Assembly (NCBI GenBank): GCA_001599295.1
Contig: BCGN01000001.1
Span: 1,736,001-1,800,000 of the forward strand
From: Sporopachydermia quercuum
Lineage: Eukaryota
Reading direction: 5' to 3'
Length of the DNA stretch: 64,000 nt
The translations under genes and the position numbers were made by a program. The notes under the pieces were generated by a model, which saw only the letters and a program-made list of their open reading frames with translations, was not told the DNA's origin and searched no databases. Positions 34,990 through 47,008 of the stretch are shown here, piece after piece (position 1 is the stretch's first letter; each line of letters starts with the position of its first letter).

Positions 34990-37900
34990 ATTTCAATTTT
35001 ATAGGAGTGGAAATCTATGAATTGATCTCATAAAGATCAATCGGGAAACAACCTAATAGCTTCTGATAATAAATAATTATAGTGAACCGGTATGGTGTAT
35101 TTAATATTGATCGTGATCCCACAACTGTTGCTACTATCAAATTATAATTCACAAACAATACTTTGACGAGCATTTCTTTCTTTCTTGTAAATACTCGACT
35201 TGATTAAAACTATCTTTGTATGGTACATTAGCCGATAGTACTTAATGATAGACTTGTCGATATTCAGCGTATAACACAGAGTAAGACTGAATGTGACTAA
35301 GAGTACAACTCCAGCAAAACTATTAATAATGTGGGAAAACAAGTAACAGTTGGCACCCAAGCAATCTATTAAACAAGACAGTAAATATTCAAACGTATTC
35401 CAATCGAGTGTTGGCTATTGGTAAATTATCTTTAAGTCTGCTAAATGTATTGATCGTAAATGTATTCCTTAATTTGACTGTAATTGCTATCATTCACAAC
35501 AGGAAACCTGGTAGATCAAAATTCCAGCGATTTAACAGATCTACATACCATACCAATACTGATATTCTGAAAATCTAGTACTTGGTACTGCTCTTGAATT
35601 GTTCTTGCTAGTCTTTTGGATTCCAGCTGGAGAGTAATTGAACTGATATTGGTTGTATTAGCGAGCAGGAATACAACTCGAGGTACAATTTAGAAGCCAA
35701 CCAATCCTACGATTCTTCTTTTTCGTTAGGTCAATTCTGGTTTTCAAAAAATGACCAACTGCTCTGATAAAAAGTGCAAGGTTATTATGTATGGAAACGC
35801 AATATATTCAATCAATGAATGATTTACTATTTGCCAGAAACCAAATCTGATTCATACACTTTGTGAGAACTGAGTTACCAAAGGGAAATGAACTCCGTGG
35901 AGACACTGCAGCAGGCTGAAAACGCTGATAGAAAAACCAAGAAAAAAACTGGGTCAATGAGCCCTTTAACTAATCCCAAGGATAATACAATGATATTTCA
36001 AAGAAAAGAACGTTAGATCCTTATAATTTGTTAATAAACGATGATGTTGATGTGAAAGGAAGTGTTTGATTCTTTGCACGAAATAGTATGAGAGTTCCCA
36101 TTCCAGTTCGCAGGTAAACCCCATTCGCTTCCATTCTGTGTTTCATTTCCATTTTTGGGGTTGCGGCGTAAGGTTTCATGCATTGAGATTGAGATTCAAA
36201 CTTTATGCTAGAAACCGGAGATAGAGAAAATGATAAATAATCATGATTGGTAATCGAGTAGCCAAGCGTGATTTAGTTCAGGATGTACTGCTAACGGGAA
36301 TTATCAGATTGAATTGATATCTAAAATAACATCTGTAGCTCACTGTTGTTGTTAAAATTTGGTTTAACTGATAGCTTTGTTGTATAAAGCATTTACCATA
36401 CTCTCAGGTCTCCAATCAGATATCCCATAACGCTACTCTCCCAAAGTTAAAAAAAACTGCAATAATATATGAACATGCAAACAGATATTTTTCAGCTAAC
36501 TGCCCAAACCGGCGATTTAGTGAAACTCAAACTACTGCTTTGCATATACATGCGTTAATTACGCCAAATGCAGGTTACAGGCTTCATAAAGTTCTTCCAA
36601 GCAGAGTAATAACGTTGTGCTTTTAAATAAACTTCCCAAAGTGAATCTCAACCTAACCTCTTTTGAGTATAAGGGATTGTAAAACAATGTCATACGATTC
36701 TTTTACCTGCTTTAATAAAGCCATGAAAAAGACATTATGAATAATCAAAACTCAAAAGCTACTTGAAGAGGTTAAAGATTCAGTAACCAGAACAGCAGAT
36801 GCTTCAATTACGGGAATCGTTCGCATGAAAAGTGGATGAAAAATATTTCCGGCTTCCAATGGTGAAGAGCCAGCTGGCTGTGTGTCAACTGTACAGGGCT
36901 GACTTGTTAGTTAGATGCAGGATACGAAATAATGAATAACCTGAAGACCAATGAGCCTAGAGTTATTTTATATTACTTATATCGTGAGCGATGAGATTAC
37001 CTAGATAGGTATTTCTGATGATGAAGAAATGACTCAAGTTTAGAAGGATCATCAATTCGGAAGACTAGCGCCTTTGACTTATTGCAATGTAGTGTAAGTA
37101 ACGCAAACGATAATTGTAGTGATCAATTATATAGATCATTTTCACGCTGGCAATTCTGTTGTCCTTTTGTATGAATCTGAATATCAAAGCTGGACTAGAA
37201 TATGTAGGTATCGCAAGTGAGTTCTTTTTAGATATCATCTCTAGAATTTTCCTAATTTTACTGCTTTCTTCCAGTCAATATGTGCATTATTTGAACTATG
37301 TTTGCAATATTCTAATTTCGTTCGTCTGATCTTTCTATTGGCTTTACTGAGCATTGCCGTCATACAAAGCAAATAATTAATCGGCTTCTGAAATAGACCG
37401 AACTATGGCCTCCAACAATGATCTAAGCTACTACATCTTGAATTTCTAAACAATAGCTAATATAGATAACATAGCTTTCTGGTGTGAAGTTCGATCTTTC
37501 TTTTCCATGCTTTTTCTAGAACTTATGGATAAGTATAATACTCCCTGTTAATATTTGATAATAGCATGCTAAGTAGGTACTATTAGACAAAACCAGGAAG
37601 AGTTGTTGAACAAAATCATATTAGGTTAACGTTTGATAGTAAGCCTTTGAGTATATGCATTCTGATTTCCAATATATGCTTTGTTGCATGATTTCTTAAG
37701 CTCAGAGTATGAGATAGGTGAATATGTAATAAGTGGTTTGATCTATAGTATTGAGAAGTCAAGGCAACTTGAGAAGATAATATTCTACGCAATCTTTACT
37801 TTGGAATTTGAAGAATAGACCGTTACACTTTTTTTGATATCGTTATCAACTCCTTTGAAGAGTACTCAACCATATACTTCCTGCAAGTTTCATGTACCTC

Positions 37901-38746
37901 TCTAAATGAAAACTGAAATAGCTAACCCTAAAAATTAGGTCAGAAAGTCTCGTAAAGCTAATCTTCTCATCTCATTTCACACTATGCTATGAAACCACAT
38001 TTTTTACTTATAGAGTTTGACAACCCTTCTTAACAAAACAAACGGTAAAAGGACTCTCAAGATCAACTGAAAAGTGTTCTGTTCCAATCATTATGTTCTT
38101 TCTACTCATCTCATTGTCTATTTGCATTCTACACAGAGTTTTTCATTTAGTTTTTAAATTGTTTCAGTTTATCCTTAACCTCCAACCTTAATATCTTTTC
38201 TCCGGTATTTCAGTTTCATCTTTTCCGAAATTCCAATATTGATGTCAAGAAACAATTGATATATTTAAGGCTCATTAATAAGACTTAAGTATTTTTGATT
38301 GATTCACGATCCAATAATGCTCGACATTCCTTTAGATTTTTGATTAATTCATCTACATATGGCTTATTCCAGCATATTTTTATGTTTTCCAGTACTAAAC
38401 TCTTGAAAACTAACTAACTAGATCAGATATTCACTCTTTTAGATTCTGAATTCGCTGTTTCTAATTAGCTCCTAAATAGGCGGCATTGATACTTTCTTTC
38501 TGAGCGACAATCAAGCAAGCAAACACAAGTAAAAGCTCATCGTTTGTTCTTTTACTGTTATGATTTGCAAAGCTTTGACGAATTCACGGTACGCTTCAAT
38601 CTAGAGGAGCAAAATATTCTATCACCAATATTCCAAAGGAAATTTGAGTTATGCTGTTTTAGTCTGTTTGTCGTGTCCTTTTGCATTGTGATGCATTATA
38701 AAATCCGTTAAAGCAAGCAATCCAATCATCAGCCTGAGAGTACCAA

Positions 38747-40105
38747 ATGGTTACATTACCAACAGCAGCTATAAGGAATACCGGAATTTCTTATAGGCTA
38801 CCATTTCCTTTATTAATCCGACAAACTATTGACGATGATTCCTTTGGATGTGTTGTTTGTAATGAGGTTCCTGTTTGTCCAGAATGTTCCGAAGGTCAAG
38901 TATGTTCCATAACGATTCAAACATGTTCAAGCTGTCCTGAAACTTTCTGCGAAAGTGCAGATAATAACGGAGATGACGATGGTGGCGAAAGCAGTGCTGG
39001 AAATAATACTGAAGGTGAATCCAACACCAGTCCAAGTGGAGATTCAAATGCAACTTCGGATCCCCCAGACATTTCAACAGAAGGTTCCGACTCTAGTGCT
39101 GGGGCTACTACAGATGTGCCAACAGTGCCACAATCGACAGTAACTTCAACAAATTCTGGTAGTCAGGCGCTGCCGTCGGCTACTGAAACTGCTTCCACGG
39201 AGACTGCTACGGCTGAGGATGCTTCCTCGCCGAATGTTGGAAATATTGTCGGTGGAGTTGTTGGAGGAGTAGGTGGCTTTTTTTTACTTCTTATTATATT
39301 TTATTTTATTTGGATGTGGCGCAAGAAGAAACGTACTACAGAAATACCGATTCAGCTTGATACATTCAAAACTGAGTCAACACCTCAAAGATTACCTGAA
39401 AATGAAGAAGTGACATTTAACGTGCCCCCAAGTCTTTCATTGAACGGTCCGTTGGATATGCTACCTGTAGCATATGATCCCACAGTTACAGTAAAGCCTA
39501 GCATGGATACAGTTGATGAAAAATCCGAAGACGAATATTTAGCTAGCTCTGCCAATAATGAAAAACCTGGAAGACGGGACTATAATGTGGACATTCCTTT
39601 GGTCATTGAAGAGGAAGATGAGGAAGACCACGACTATGATGTGAACAAACGGATAGAGAGTGATTTAAGAATAGGGCAGGATGCGGACTCTTTATCTATT
39701 GTACAGACGGAAGTAATTCCGGAAGATCTTGCAAAGGAATCGTCAGATAGAGATATAAACAACGCAAATAATGATAATAGTAATAGCAATAGGAGTAATT
39801 CTATTCACGGTAACCTCAGTGACAATGATAAACATGATGATGACAATAATAATAATAATAATAATAATAATAACGACAACAACAATAACAACAACATAAG
39901 CATGCCATTACAAAACAATGATTCCAATCAAAAACCAGCATCAGATAATCGCAAAAAGGATATATTAGTAGCATTCGAAATATTAGATGATACGGGAAGT
40001 ACTAGTAGTATTATAAGTGATAATATTATAAGTGATAATATTATAAGTGATAACCATGAAGAGTCTCAGAACAACATTGATACTGATATTAAAAAAGGGA
40101 ATTGA
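38747..40105 (+). CDS. OPY2: Opy2-family HOG-pathway membrane anchor
   Basis: Eight-Cys domain GCVVCNEVPVCPECSEGQVCSITIQTCSSCPETFC, S/T-rich stalk, TM helix IVGGVVGGVGGFFLLLIIFYFIWMW followed by RKKKR. Confidence 0.85.
   Translation: MVTLPTAAIRNTGISYRLPFPLLIRQTIDDDSFGCVVCNEVPVCPECSEGQVCSITIQTCSSCPETFCESADNNGDDDGGESSAGNNTEGESNTSPSGDSNATSDPPDISTEGSDSSAGATTDVPTVPQSTVTSTNSGSQALPSATETASTETATAEDASSPNVGNIVGGVVGGVGGFFLLLIIFYFIWMWRKKKRTTEIPIQLDTFKTESTPQRLPENEEVTFNVPPSLSLNGPLDMLPVAYDPTVTVKPSMDTVDEKSEDEYLASSANNEKPGRRDYNVDIPLVIEEEDEEDHDYDVNKRIESDLRIGQDADSLSIVQTEVIPEDLAKESSDRDINNANNDNSNSNRSNSIHGNLSDNDKHDDDNNNNNNNNNNDNNNNNNISMPLQNNDSNQKPASDNRKKDILVAFEILDDTGSTSSIISDNIISDNIISDNHEESQNNIDTDIKKGN
39845..39871 (+). 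repeat. (AAT)9 encoding poly-Asn in OPY2
   Basis: Read directly. A 15-bp unit encoding IISDN also occurs three times near 40010-40053. Confidence 0.9.
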
Positions 40106-40871
40106 ATTAATAGTGTTTTTTCCTTTTTTTTTCGTATTGTCAACTAGAACTAGTTTTCAAGAATAATGAAAATGTTTGCGAATATAACCGTTATTTGTTC
40201 TGCATGACAATACACCTTCTACTAATACTACTAGGAGAATAAGAAACAGAAAGAGACTAATAAAAACAATCTGAACGACTGAGCGGTGAGCAGTGAGCAG
40301 GTATTTTTTTTTATTGTTTAGGCTGTTGATAATCTGCTATTGATATTTGTTGCTTAAAGGTAAAAACTATTAGTTACTTAACGGTGAAAAACTGACAGTG
40401 ATAACAGTTTCGATGGTAGGATTACCAATGGCAATCAGTTTACTGTTAGTGGGATTGCAAAAAAGAAATTAATACCAATCTGATAGTAGTGCTAGAAGTG
40501 GTAATAGTAATTCACGAATTATATAATTCTTGCTGCTTTCACTGTCATTTACTTACAACAATCATTTAACCAGTTTCTTACTTTCATAGTATCACCTCGG
40601 GAGTAATATAGCCAGTATTCATCTATCATCTATATACTCCCAGCAATCATCTATTTATTATTCCTATTGATTCCTACTAATATTCCTTACAATACAACGA
40701 CTCATTTATTCAATACACTAACCACAAAGGACTCTGTCAATAGTGATCCTATATGCCTTTTTCACTCGCAGTTTCTCCTATCTTAATCCATTTCTTCTCT
40801 TATGCATTATTAGTGAACTTGCCTAGTATGAAATCAATTGATTCCACTTTCTACTATATTCTCCAACAACT

Positions 40872-43375
40872 TCAGAACTCATTTTCCAGATATCTCAGTT
40901 CGAAGACAAAGTTATCCTTATCACGAAGGCCCCAAAATCCGCGATACTCAAAATATCGATAAGATCCCTGTTCAAAAGTATCCGTAACTGCTGTTGGAGC
41001 TCCTTTTAGTAAGAACCAAGTACCAAATTGCTTATGAAATTTCCAGTTCTGTTTCTTCAACTCTTTAGCAGCTAAATACTGTTCATAAGTCCCTTGCTGA
41101 TAATAGAAGATATAGAACAAAGTGTCTAGATTCATACGAGAGACGAACTCCTGAACAGAATCCAGCACCGCTTTAGTTTTGCTCTTCGTTTCACCTTCAT
41201 TACTGGCGTTGGAGCCATCAATACCGTCTGAATTGTCTGTTCTATCTGTTTCATTAGAAGGAATCCAAATAGGGTCTTGAGGGAAGAGTTCTGATGTTGA
41301 AACCAAATGTTGAGGTTGTCTTGATAATAATTTCTTTGCTACATCGTCGAGATCAAAATGACAGTTGAACGATTGTTCGAGAAACTTCGCAACAGAAGAA
41401 ATCTGCTGAGGACCTTTCGACACTCTGTTGCGAGCAGCATCATAAGCTGAAATAAGACTTTGTAGTCCAGGAGGCAGGGTGAGAAGATCTACAGTTAATT
41501 TGCTCGAATTGGTTGCTGATGCAGTTGATGATGAGTTTGATGTAGCTGTCGATGTTAATATTGATGTTGCTATTACTGAGTCTGTTGATGGTTTAGTACT
41601 TTGATCAGGATTCACTATAGAGGCATTCGTGGACAGAACCGCAGTTGTATTGGATGAAACGGCCCTAACCGGTGTTCCAGCTCTAGATGATACCAAATCA
41701 ACTTTATCCTTTGCAGCAGCATCAGGACTTGGTGTTGGTTTCCCATCACCAGAGACGGCACTGTCTCCAAACGTGCTACTTCGGCTCAAAGAGCCAGGGG
41801 CTTTCGTGGCTGTAGCTATGTGACCATTGCTTAAGGCCGCAGCGTATTTTAGTTCTCCAGGTCGAACTGGAGCAGGGGCAGGTTTTAGATTACTGGCACC
41901 TCCAGTGAGAGTTGTCGAGGAAGTAGAAGGAAATCCACTGGAAGAAGTTTTGCGAACTGTTCCAGTGCCGGTTCCAATGTTTGAATCCGAGTTGTTTCCG
42001 ATAATCGTTGAATTACCGCTTGTGCTGATATTAGTAGTAGAATTTGCAGTGGATGAAAGACTGCCTGAAGCAGCAGGCAATCCAGAAGAAGCCGAATTTG
42101 GGGCAGACGTGGATATCGATCCCGATCCGGAAGTTGTTCCCGTTGAATGTGCATCGTCTTTGCTCTTTCCGGTTTTACCCGGGATTGGTTCACTAACATT
42201 ATCATCCGCACTTATTCCAATCAAATCTTGTCCCAACACTTCCGACGCCAGCACTTCATCGCTACCTAAATCCAATTCATCATAAATACCTTCATCATCA
42301 GCAAAATCGGGCTCTTGGTTGGATTCCACATAGTACTTGATGTCTTCTTGTAATTCGTTCACTTGACCAGGCTCTAATTTCCCATTTTCCAGCAACCGAA
42401 GTATTAGTTCCATCTGAGTGATATGAAATCGGTCTCTTTGAAGAAACTCGTTTAAGTCCGCTATTCTTTCAGAATTCGCTGTTGCATTTCGTTTGGACTT
42501 CCGTGACGATACTTGGAGGCTATCCAGTTCTGCTTCCAAAGCTTCTGTTTGTCTTCCTAGTTCCTCAAGCATTGACGTTATAAACGTTGTTGTTTCCAGC
42601 TTTTCCTTCTCCCGAGGATCTAGTTTAGCTGACGAAGACAATCCCTCTTTTGAGTATGCTTTCATTTTCATTTCCTTTTCGCAAGCTTTAAATCGCTCCA
42701 TTTCCTGAATTGTGTTAGAATTTAGGGAGTGTAAAGCGAGTAACATAATTAACGGCTGTGGGCTAATAGTATATCCCATTATGTGTAGTAATACTTACTG
42801 ATTCGATTATTTTCCTGTTTTCAGTCAGCTGAGTTTTATCCTTCACATCATTACTTCCGAGCCACGACTTTATCTGATCTCTGAGTCTCTGTAGCTTTTT
42901 GATTTCTCTTTTCAGATCCTGTGGTACGTTTGTTAGTACAACGTTGTTGCTAAGCATCATGAGAGTAGGTAGAATAAATAATCCCTCTTTGACCAACGAA
43001 TTAACGTATTTTCTTACCAATTCAAGTTTTTCCTTCTGAGACTGGTTAGTCGACTGCATCATTTTGTCGTATATGCCATCAAATAGCTGAACACCTTCAG
43101 CTACTTTCTTGAACACTCGGTCCATTTCTCTGTTCATAATGTTAGAAAGGAGAACCATAAGAATGAAGTAATAAGTATCAACAATGGAGTGGGAAGCTGC
43201 CGAATCAAAATTGCATGGAATAGAGTATTGTTCCTCGAAGTATTCATATTAAATGTAATCATTGGAAATAATGCAAAGAATTATATTGCAATTTTTGTTC
43301 TTGTGAAGTGATTCATCCCACAACTGTGATAATGTAAGGAATCAACACTTACTGTTGTAGCTTCCGCTGCGACAT
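40872..43375 (-). CDS. NOT3: CCR4-NOT subunit Not3/Not5; exons 43375-43353, 43129-43018, 42918-42799, 42704-40872
   Basis: Spliced protein [20 protein letters not shown]...[26 protein letters not shown]...[27 protein letters not shown]-terminal NOT box ([31 protein letters not shown]). Three GTAAG(T/A)...CTAAC...CAG introns of 223, 99 and 94 nt. Confidence 0.92.
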
Positions 43376-44770
43376 TTTGAAAAATCTTGATTTCTATCAA
43401 ATATCTCCCCAAATGCCTGTCAATAATCAGCTTTTTCGCTCGTCTCAAACGTATCTAATAAAACCAAATTGTTGTCCAAATCTCAAGATCAACACTTCAT
43501 AACAGTCATTTGGCTTGCTAAATGTTGAATGCGCCAATGGTATATAAGAAACTGATTTGGAATACACCTAGATAATGACAAATATAAAATAAAAGTCACA
43601 GGAAGTAGTAATAACGCCTGTTGTATATTCAGAATAAAAAATATACGCGATGATTGTTATTTGTATTGAAATATAGAGTCTGATGATCATTATTGACTCA
43701 ATAGTTCAGTTGCTAACGTAGAAACGTTTGAAGCATATTACATGGGAATGAAAAAAGTGTTTTGCTGTGTGTTGATGTGCAAGTAAGAATCACTGCAGGA
43801 AGGTACAGGAAAGTGGGCGAGGGTGGTTCTGAAGATAAAGTGATTCAGAAATTTAAGTTCTGATATGGGGACAAATGTGTCCTGATTCTTGAATGAAAGT
43901 CATGGGTATTCAACAACTTCTCTATTCATGTACATGATAAATATTAATTTTATGAATATATAAATAAGTAATATTGCTACATTTTAGTTTTTATTTTATT
44001 ATAACTTTTAGTTTCAATAAATTAAGGAACTTCAAGATATAAAAATTCATTTGTAAGTAAAAGAGAAAAATGTATGACAAATCCAGTGAGACAAATGAAA
44101 CAAATGAGACAAAATCTCCAGAAAGAGTGACCAAGCCTGACATTTTAGACATAGAGAAGCGAGAATCTTAGATTTTCCGATTATGTGGATGAAATAAGAG
44201 AAATTCGGAATTTGAAAGTGGCTTCATATGGTTAAATCAATGATTTGATAAAAAAAAACATATACTGTTTCAATGCTCGTTTGGAAAAATTTTATCTATA
44301 TAAGCACCACAGGTTTTGAAGATGTTGAACTGGGGATCTGATATAAATGTACAAAGGAACTCACTTGCATCATAGTTACAGATGCTAACTATACATGTAG
44401 GGATATATAAAGCAAGGATATTGTGCTGAAATCTACGCTGCAAGTGATACAGAGAAACTGCAATCTGTCTCATAATGAGTATAGTTACTGTCTGAGAAAA
44501 GAGTCTGGTGTTCATAATCTATTTATTGTCTTCACAGAAAAACACAGTTTGTTTTCGCAGAGTGTCTAATGAAAATACATAAACTTTGAAAGTAAAATCT
44601 ACTTCTACTTGACAAGCCCCTTCATAAGAGATTAGAGTTTACTTCAGAAACAGTATTTCATCTAATTCATTAGCATTCGAATCTACAATATGTACTTTTC
44701 TTTGGTGAATTTCTCCACTCTTCACAAAGGGTCTGCAAACAAGCAATCCATATTTCCAAGAAAGATTTCC

Positions 44771-44779
44771 ATTTGTGGC
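44771..44779 (-). promoter_or_regulatory. Middle sporulation element (Ndt80-type) GCCACAAAT upstream of the SPO73-like gene
   Basis: Matches GNCRCAAAW, about 340 bp upstream of ATG 45116. Confidence 0.45.
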
Positions 44780-45115
44780 TCAGCAACAGAATTATTCGAT
44801 GATCTACATCTCATCTGTGGCTCAGCTTGTCCCTTGCATACATTTCAGCCTCTTGTTTTCTAACATCATTGATTAACGAACTATCTCTCACATTATTGAG
44901 ACTTGACTATATGCTTGCTTTCGATTGACTATATGAAGCTTTCACCTCAAATATATAGCCTTAAATTCTTAAATTACTTGCGTTTGGGTTTTCTCTATTC
45001 TGATACAATAAAAAAATAGTACTTAGCAGGCTTAACTCATTTCTTTATCACGTACATACAATCTGATCATGAGAGACTACACAAACCATTCACACTAGAT
45101 GAATAAATTATCCTG

Positions 45116-47008
45116 ATGACAAATAATGACTCCAAACAACAATCGGCAACTGGTTTGCCTGGTCTTTTGACATCTACAACGAGGCAGTCAGTTGCTTCGG
45201 AAGCTTCAAAAGCTTCGACCAGTTGGGCATCTAAAATCCTCCCATCGTCAGCTAATTCACAGTTCTCTATAGTTGGGGGATTAGCAAAAGTCAATAATTT
45301 TATGTCAGGTGAATCAGATGAAAGGGTTGATCGAAACAATGCCAATTCTCACCATTTACATGAAATTGACATGAAGGACAACTTTGCGGAAGATGAGGAA
45401 GAGGAAAATGAAGATGATGATGAAGTAAGAAGATCATCGAGTATTGGTGGCAACAGAGCATTGCACTCCTTAAATGATTCCACGAACAGTGAATCAATTG
45501 AATCAGCGAAAATTGAAACAAATTATAGAAAACTATTTACCATAAAAGTTAGGAGAATCAAATCAAAATTCAGTACTAAAGGTTATAAAGCTGAACTTTT
45601 CCAAGTTGATAATTGGGATGAAATAGGCAACGCTAAGTATGTTGCCGGTAAGGAACAAATAGGAACGAACGAAAATGATAACCAAAATGTCTTTTGCGAT
45701 GTCATTTTTGAGAATCAAAGAGGAATGTTCTTATTCGGTAAGCCTTTTTTTTCATCAAGGACGTTATTTCCTCTTGATTCGCCTGCGTGGATGACACCTG
45801 ATGGTAAACCAGCACTAGGAAGTGTCGATTTCTATTCATTGCCGGATCCTTCATGGGAATGGAAATGGTCGAAGTGGTACATCAATATGGCCCTGGATGT
45901 AGATGAGCAGGGATGGGCTTATTCTTGGAGTTTTAGATCAGAAAATTGGTATGGTATACATATTTGGTTTCATTCGTTTGTTCGTCGGAGGATGTGGGTT
46001 CGATTAAGGCAGAAAAAAGCAATTGAAATGGAAGAAGGTAATTCGGGTTCCATCCGTTTGCTGGATGATTCGGATGCAATGAAATGGAAGCTTCCGTCAA
46101 CGGTTGTTAATGACATGAGTGAAATTGAGGTGAAAGAGGAATTGATTTCTGAAAGATTGAGAGGTAAGTCACTTTCAAAACGTAGTTCATTATCAGCAGA
46201 GGAAAACTTTGATGGTGATGAAGATGGCAATACATGTTTATCTGATATTGAAGTTAATGGTGGGAAGCAAGATATTAGTGAAGGTGATAGCAAGTCACAG
46301 CGTGGAACTCGAATAAGAATCAGCAGAAACCAATCCAAGAATGATTCTAAATCCCTGGAAGGCTCTAATGACAGTGTTCTGTATGTGAAAAATGGCTATT
46401 TGACAGCCGAATCGAGAAAGAAAGACGAAAGCGTTGAAGTTTTAGAGCTAATTCGAGAAATCCAAACAATGAAACTTGATAGACAAAGAAGTGAAGCTGT
46501 CATTCACTTTTTGGATGATAATTTATTCGATATCAGACAACTGAAAGCTTTAGGAGCCCATTTGGGAAATATAATTTGCGAGTATGTATTTTATGATTCA
46601 AAGCGATTACTTCTAGTTAAACTAGAAGGATATTTGAATAGGAAAGAACTAGAAGCAACATCTGAGTTTTTAACAGCTGGATCAATGGGCTCTGTAATGG
46701 AAAACCTCACTAAGAGCAAATCATCAGAAAGTCGTATTGAGGTTCCTACAGTTGGAGGTCCCCGAATTGTGATTACAGAAGGCGATGAACTGGCCTCTGA
46801 TTCTGAATGGAAAGAAGGAATTAGAAACGAACCAGATAAAACAATAAACACTCCGACAAAAACCAAAACTAGTGAAAATGCAAGGCAGAGTGGTAATGAA
46901 TGGTTACAAGCAGTTCGAAGTCTGAAACAACATATTGAAAATGCATTAGCAAATGATGATTATTTCATTGCTGGCGGGGCAAACCAGTATAATCTTCTAA
47001 TGAATTAG
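45116..47008 (+). CDS. SPO73: Dysferlin-domain protein, Spo73/Mug65 family (spore membrane)
   Basis: DVIFENQRGMFLFGKPFFS...LPDPSWEWKWSKWY...DVDEQGWAYSWSF...SFVRRRMWVRLR; next to the ACA1/CST6-like gene as in S. cerevisiae. Confidence 0.78.
   Translation: MTNNDSKQQSATGLPGLLTSTTRQSVASEASKASTSWASKILPSSANSQFSIVGGLAKVNNFMSGESDERVDRNNANSHHLHEIDMKDNFAEDEEEENEDDDEVRRSSSIGGNRALHSLNDSTNSESIESAKIETNYRKLFTIKVRRIKSKFSTKGYKAELFQVDNWDEIGNAKYVAGKEQIGTNENDNQNVFCDVIFENQRGMFLFGKPFFSSRTLFPLDSPAWMTPDGKPALGSVDFYSLPDPSWEWKWSKWYINMALDVDEQGWAYSWSFRSENWYGIHIWFHSFVRRRMWVRLRQKKAIEMEEGNSGSIRLLDDSDAMKWKLPSTVVNDMSEIEVKEELISERLRGKSLSKRSSLSAEENFDGDEDGNTCLSDIEVNGGKQDISEGDSKSQRGTRIRISRNQSKNDSKSLEGSNDSVLYVKNGYLTAESRKKDESVEVLELIREIQTMKLDRQRSEAVIHFLDDNLFDIRQLKALGAHLGNIICEYVFYDSKRLLLVKLEGYLNRKELEATSEFLTAGSMGSVMENLTKSKSSESRIEVPTVGGPRIVITEGDELASDSEWKEGIRNEPDKTINTPTKTKTSENARQSGNEWLQAVRSLKQHIENALANDDYFIAGGANQYNLLMN

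Noticed and set aside
43130..43352. Intronic snoRNA in the longer NOT3 intron 1
   Set aside because: Only a degenerate C-box-like ATGATTA; no CTGA D box or H/ACA layout seen.
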